A stretch of DNA of 64,000 nucleotides, from NCBI GenBank assembly GCA_001724265.1, contig MEDY01000005.1:124001-188000 (forward strand), written 5' to 3'. Every line of letters starts with the position of its first letter. The first letter of the stretch is position 1. This document shows positions 61,023 through 64,000 of the stretch, piece after piece. The position numbers were made by a program, and so were the translations under genes. The notes under the pieces are model-generated. The model saw nothing but the letters and a program-made list of their open reading frames with translations. It had not been told where the DNA came from and searched no databases. The stretch is from Rhizaria sp. SCN 62-66. Lineage: Eukaryota.

Positions 61023-62722
61023 TTAATTGACAATGTACTTGACGGTGAACTTTGCGGGGTCGGCCTCGGTGCCGTCCGATGCGTAGACGCGCACGTCGCC
61101 CTTCTCGACGTCAATCTCGGTCCCCGTGGGGAACGGGTTGGTCTTGTTAAGGTATCCGCGCGCGACGGCGCCCGAGGACCAGACCTGCGAGCGGCCCTCG
61201 CTGGCCTTGTTCGTCTTGTACGGGATGTGCACCGTGGGTTCCTTGACCTTGACGACAAAGTGCTGCTCCGCCAGCAGCCGCTTCAGCCGCGCAATCTCGT
61301 CGTCTCGGTCCGCGATCGTGCCGCGAAGCTCGCGCACCAGCCCCGACAAGTCCGGGAAGTTGGGCCCGCTGGGCGGCGCTGGCCCGGGCTGGTTGCGCAG
61401 CAACGCGCGGAGACGCTCGATCTCGTCGTTTAGACCGCGCACCTCGCGCGCGTGCGCGTCCTTCATCTGCGCCATCGCCTGCTCAAAGCGCGCGCGCAGC
61501 TCGGCCTCGAGCCTGAGATACACAGCAGCGAACAGAGAGTTCGTCAAAAAAATTAAGAGTATATCAGAAATATGTAAGTTTTTGTAGTTAAAAATGAAAT
61601 ATCCACATCATGGTATTAAAATACGCTTGGATGGAAAGTTATTATTCAATTGATGCCAATATAAGAGAGATATCATTTGTTTTGTAATGTTCTTCGTACC
61701 TGGCGAGGTCTCGCTCGTAGGCCTCGCGGAGCTGCATGATGAACTGGAGCCAGCGCGCGCGGTCCTCGTTAAGCACGCGGTAGCAGTCGTCCAGGATAGC
61801 CTTGGCGCGGCGCTCCCACTCGGCCTCAAGCGCCTTGAGCAGGTCCGCGTCGCGGCGCGTCTTGTCCTGTCGTACGTACAAACGCACAGCATAACACAGT
61901 AAAGAACACCAAAAGAGAATGATGAGATCAGAGAGTACAGGTGAGATTTAGCTAGAAATGAACATAAATTCAGTTGAATAAATCGAGAGGACAGCCATTG
62001 GATCCTTTCACATCGAAACAATTAATTCTGGGAAGATTGATATCATAGAGCGGCCGTACCTGGTACAGCCCGTTGAGCTCCTGCAGGTGCCGCAGCAGCA
62101 GCGCGAGGCGGGACTGGTCAGGCGCTCCGGCGAGCGAGGCGAGCTGCTCGGCAAGCCCCTTAAGCTTGCGCTCCATGTCGACGAACCAGGCGGCGTCCCA
62201 CTCGCCGCCGCCGCCGCCGCCGCGGCGCGAGAGCTCGAGCGTGGCCGAAGACCGGTGGTGGTGGTGGTGCAGCCCGGCGTCGATGCAGTACTGCGCGCCC
62301 GGCAGGTGGCGCAGCGCTGAGGAGCCCGAGAGCAGCTTCGAGCGCGCGAGCTGCGGCGTCGACCACTTCTGCACCAGTGCCTTGTCGTCGTGCACGTGCC
62401 GGTGCGGCGTCACGGGGCCCGCGTGTCCCTGCGCGGTCGTGGGGCGGCGCAAGGGCGGGGACATCGGGCGCCCGCCGCCGCTGCTCGCAGTCGCGCGGTA
62501 GTACACGTCCGCGGAGCCGCTGCCGCCGCCGTTGCTGTTGGCGGCGGAAAGGTCGCGGCCTTTTGCACTGACGGCGTTGGCGAGCCCCTCCAGGTCGCGG
62601 CGCAGGTTGGTGATGTTGGCGTCGTCGGTGCGCGTCTCAGCGTCGCGCGCGCGCGTCTCGGACATAAAGGCGTCGATGGCGCGCGTGATCTCGTTAGAGA
62701 GACGGTCTTGCGCGACAGCCAT
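61023..62722 (-). CDS. Uncharacterised coiled-coil protein (439 aa; exons 62722-62060, 61866-61700, 61512-61023)
   Basis: Two GTACG...CAG introns join three GC-rich exons in frame. Heptad-rich middle region and a beta-rich C-terminal ~70 aa. Stop TAA. Confidence 0.8.
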
Positions 62723-63615
62723 GGGGAGTAAGCAGGGCGAGAGCGCACGCAGTCGTCACTACGTAGAAAGTTGAGTGGGTTGGGTTGTGAGTCTCTTGTG
62801 AGAGAGGTTCTTGGGCTGGCCTGTGTCTGCAAGAGGCAGTTAACAGTCCGTTGGAGTCGGGCGACTGGTGTAGTGACTGTGGCAGAAAGGAAGAGAGTAA
62901 AGGGAGAGAGACAGAGAGAGCGGAAGGAGGCGTGCGGCAGACACATGCGATGAGTCAGGGGAGCGAAACGACACAAGTGGTTGTGGCACTTAACTGGAGA
63001 TGTGGCACTAGTGCAATTAAAAATACATGAATCAACACGCAAATCATCGACCAAAGCCGCCTAGAAAAGCTCCTGACGATTGAAAGAGGACGAAAGTTTG
63101 AATCTAAATCAGGCGATTGTGAAACGCTGTGGAGCACAGTCATAGCCTTTTTTTTTTAGGAACCAGGGCCTCCTTGACTTGGTACGAGTTTGTCCACCCC
63201 ATACCGCTATGTACACTCACTAATTAAATGTCAGAGTAAAATAATGTTAGGAAAACCTAGATTTTCTGTTTGTTTTTAATGTTGTATTTGTCAAAAATTG
63301 CTTGGTTGACCCAGAAAGGAGCATTATTGAGGACTTGCGAGCGAGAGAGCCGTTGGAGCAGAGTTGGCGTGTTGCCGATTTTTTTATTCGAAATTATTCC
63401 TTATTTTCATCGTCAGTAACTTTCTCTTGACGTTGGCAAGTTAACTCCTACTATATATTACTAACATCACATGCTATATTTTCACAAATGCCATTTTATC
63501 CACCTCAGCGCGACCGAAGCTACCGTACAGCCTGACTGTTCCTAACTGACAGTGCGTTCGTCATTGTTGATCACCCTGCTGCTCGAATCTGCCTCTTGAG
63601 CTTGCCCGCGTTGCC

Positions 63616-64000
63616 ATGCAGCCGCCACAGTCCGTGCGCGACATTGTTGGCGAGGCCGACCAAGAGTGGGAGGTGTTCCGTTTGCGCAACCGCATCCACG
63701 CGCTGCACGACGATCTGGAGCTCATGAACACCCTCCGCCAGGACAACAACAACAACACCAGCAACATGGTTAACGCGACAAATTCTGGCCACCCCGCGCA
63801 TAACAACAGCACACTTGCGCCGCTGCCGCTGCCGCAGATGCGGCACAGCAGCAGCCCGATGCACTCTAACAACAGTAACACTGCCGCTTTCGAGCAGTTT
63901 TCCCCCATTCGCCCGTACCCTGCGACAGCGTCTGCCGCCGTAGCGTCAACAGGTGCCGCTGACAGGTCCTACTACAACAACCACGGCAACGTTAGTCACG
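63616..64000 (+). CDS. 5' part of an uncharacterised protein (MQPPQSVRDIVGEADQEWEVFRLRNRIHALHDDLELM...), runs off the window
   Basis: Open frame from ATG 63616 to the window end with coding-like composition after an AT-rich intergenic stretch. Confidence 0.6.
   Translation, partial: MQPPQSVRDIVGEADQEWEVFRLRNRIHALHDDLELMNTLRQDNNNNTSNMVNATNSGHPAHNNSTLAPLPLPQMRHSSSPMHSNNSNTAAFEQFSPIRPYPATASAAVASTGAADRSYYNNHGNVSH

Noticed and set aside
1-64000. CRISPR arrays, transposases, reverse transcriptases, rRNA or snRNA genes, selenoprotein TGA readthrough
   Set aside because: No regularly spaced repeats with unique spacers, no mobile-element motifs and no recognisable rRNA or snRNA sequence. TGA codons coincide with the expected protein ends.

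Overview
Gene-dense eukaryotic (flagellated protist-like) nuclear DNA with GC-rich exons, short AT-richer spliceosomal introns (18 modelled, 127-236 nt, donor consensus GTACG) and proteins heavily expanded by low-complexity insertions. I model 18 protein-coding genes, two of them running off the window ends: a CCR4/Angel-like EEP nuclease with a nested Mut7-C domain, mago nashi, a PDZ protein, gamma-glutamyl phosphate reductase, PP4R3/SMEK, a Gln/Ala-rich orphan, a TEX49-like ciliary protein, a PWI protein, Mpv17/PMP22, NOC3, an ankyrin protein, WDR60, importin-5, YKT6, a TMEM145/GPR180-like protein, a 53-aa membrane microprotein, a coiled-coil orphan and a partial gene. There is also one tRNA-Arg(TCG). 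The main signal is an apparent non-standard nuclear genetic code. Seven in-frame TAG codons interrupt otherwise continuous reading frames in three genes, no in-frame TAA or TGA does so, and all 16 complete genes end in TAA (6) or TGA (10). This points to UAG being a sense codon (Gln most likely; Glu and Leu not excluded) uncoupled from UAA. All family assignments are by motif recognition; no database search was run.
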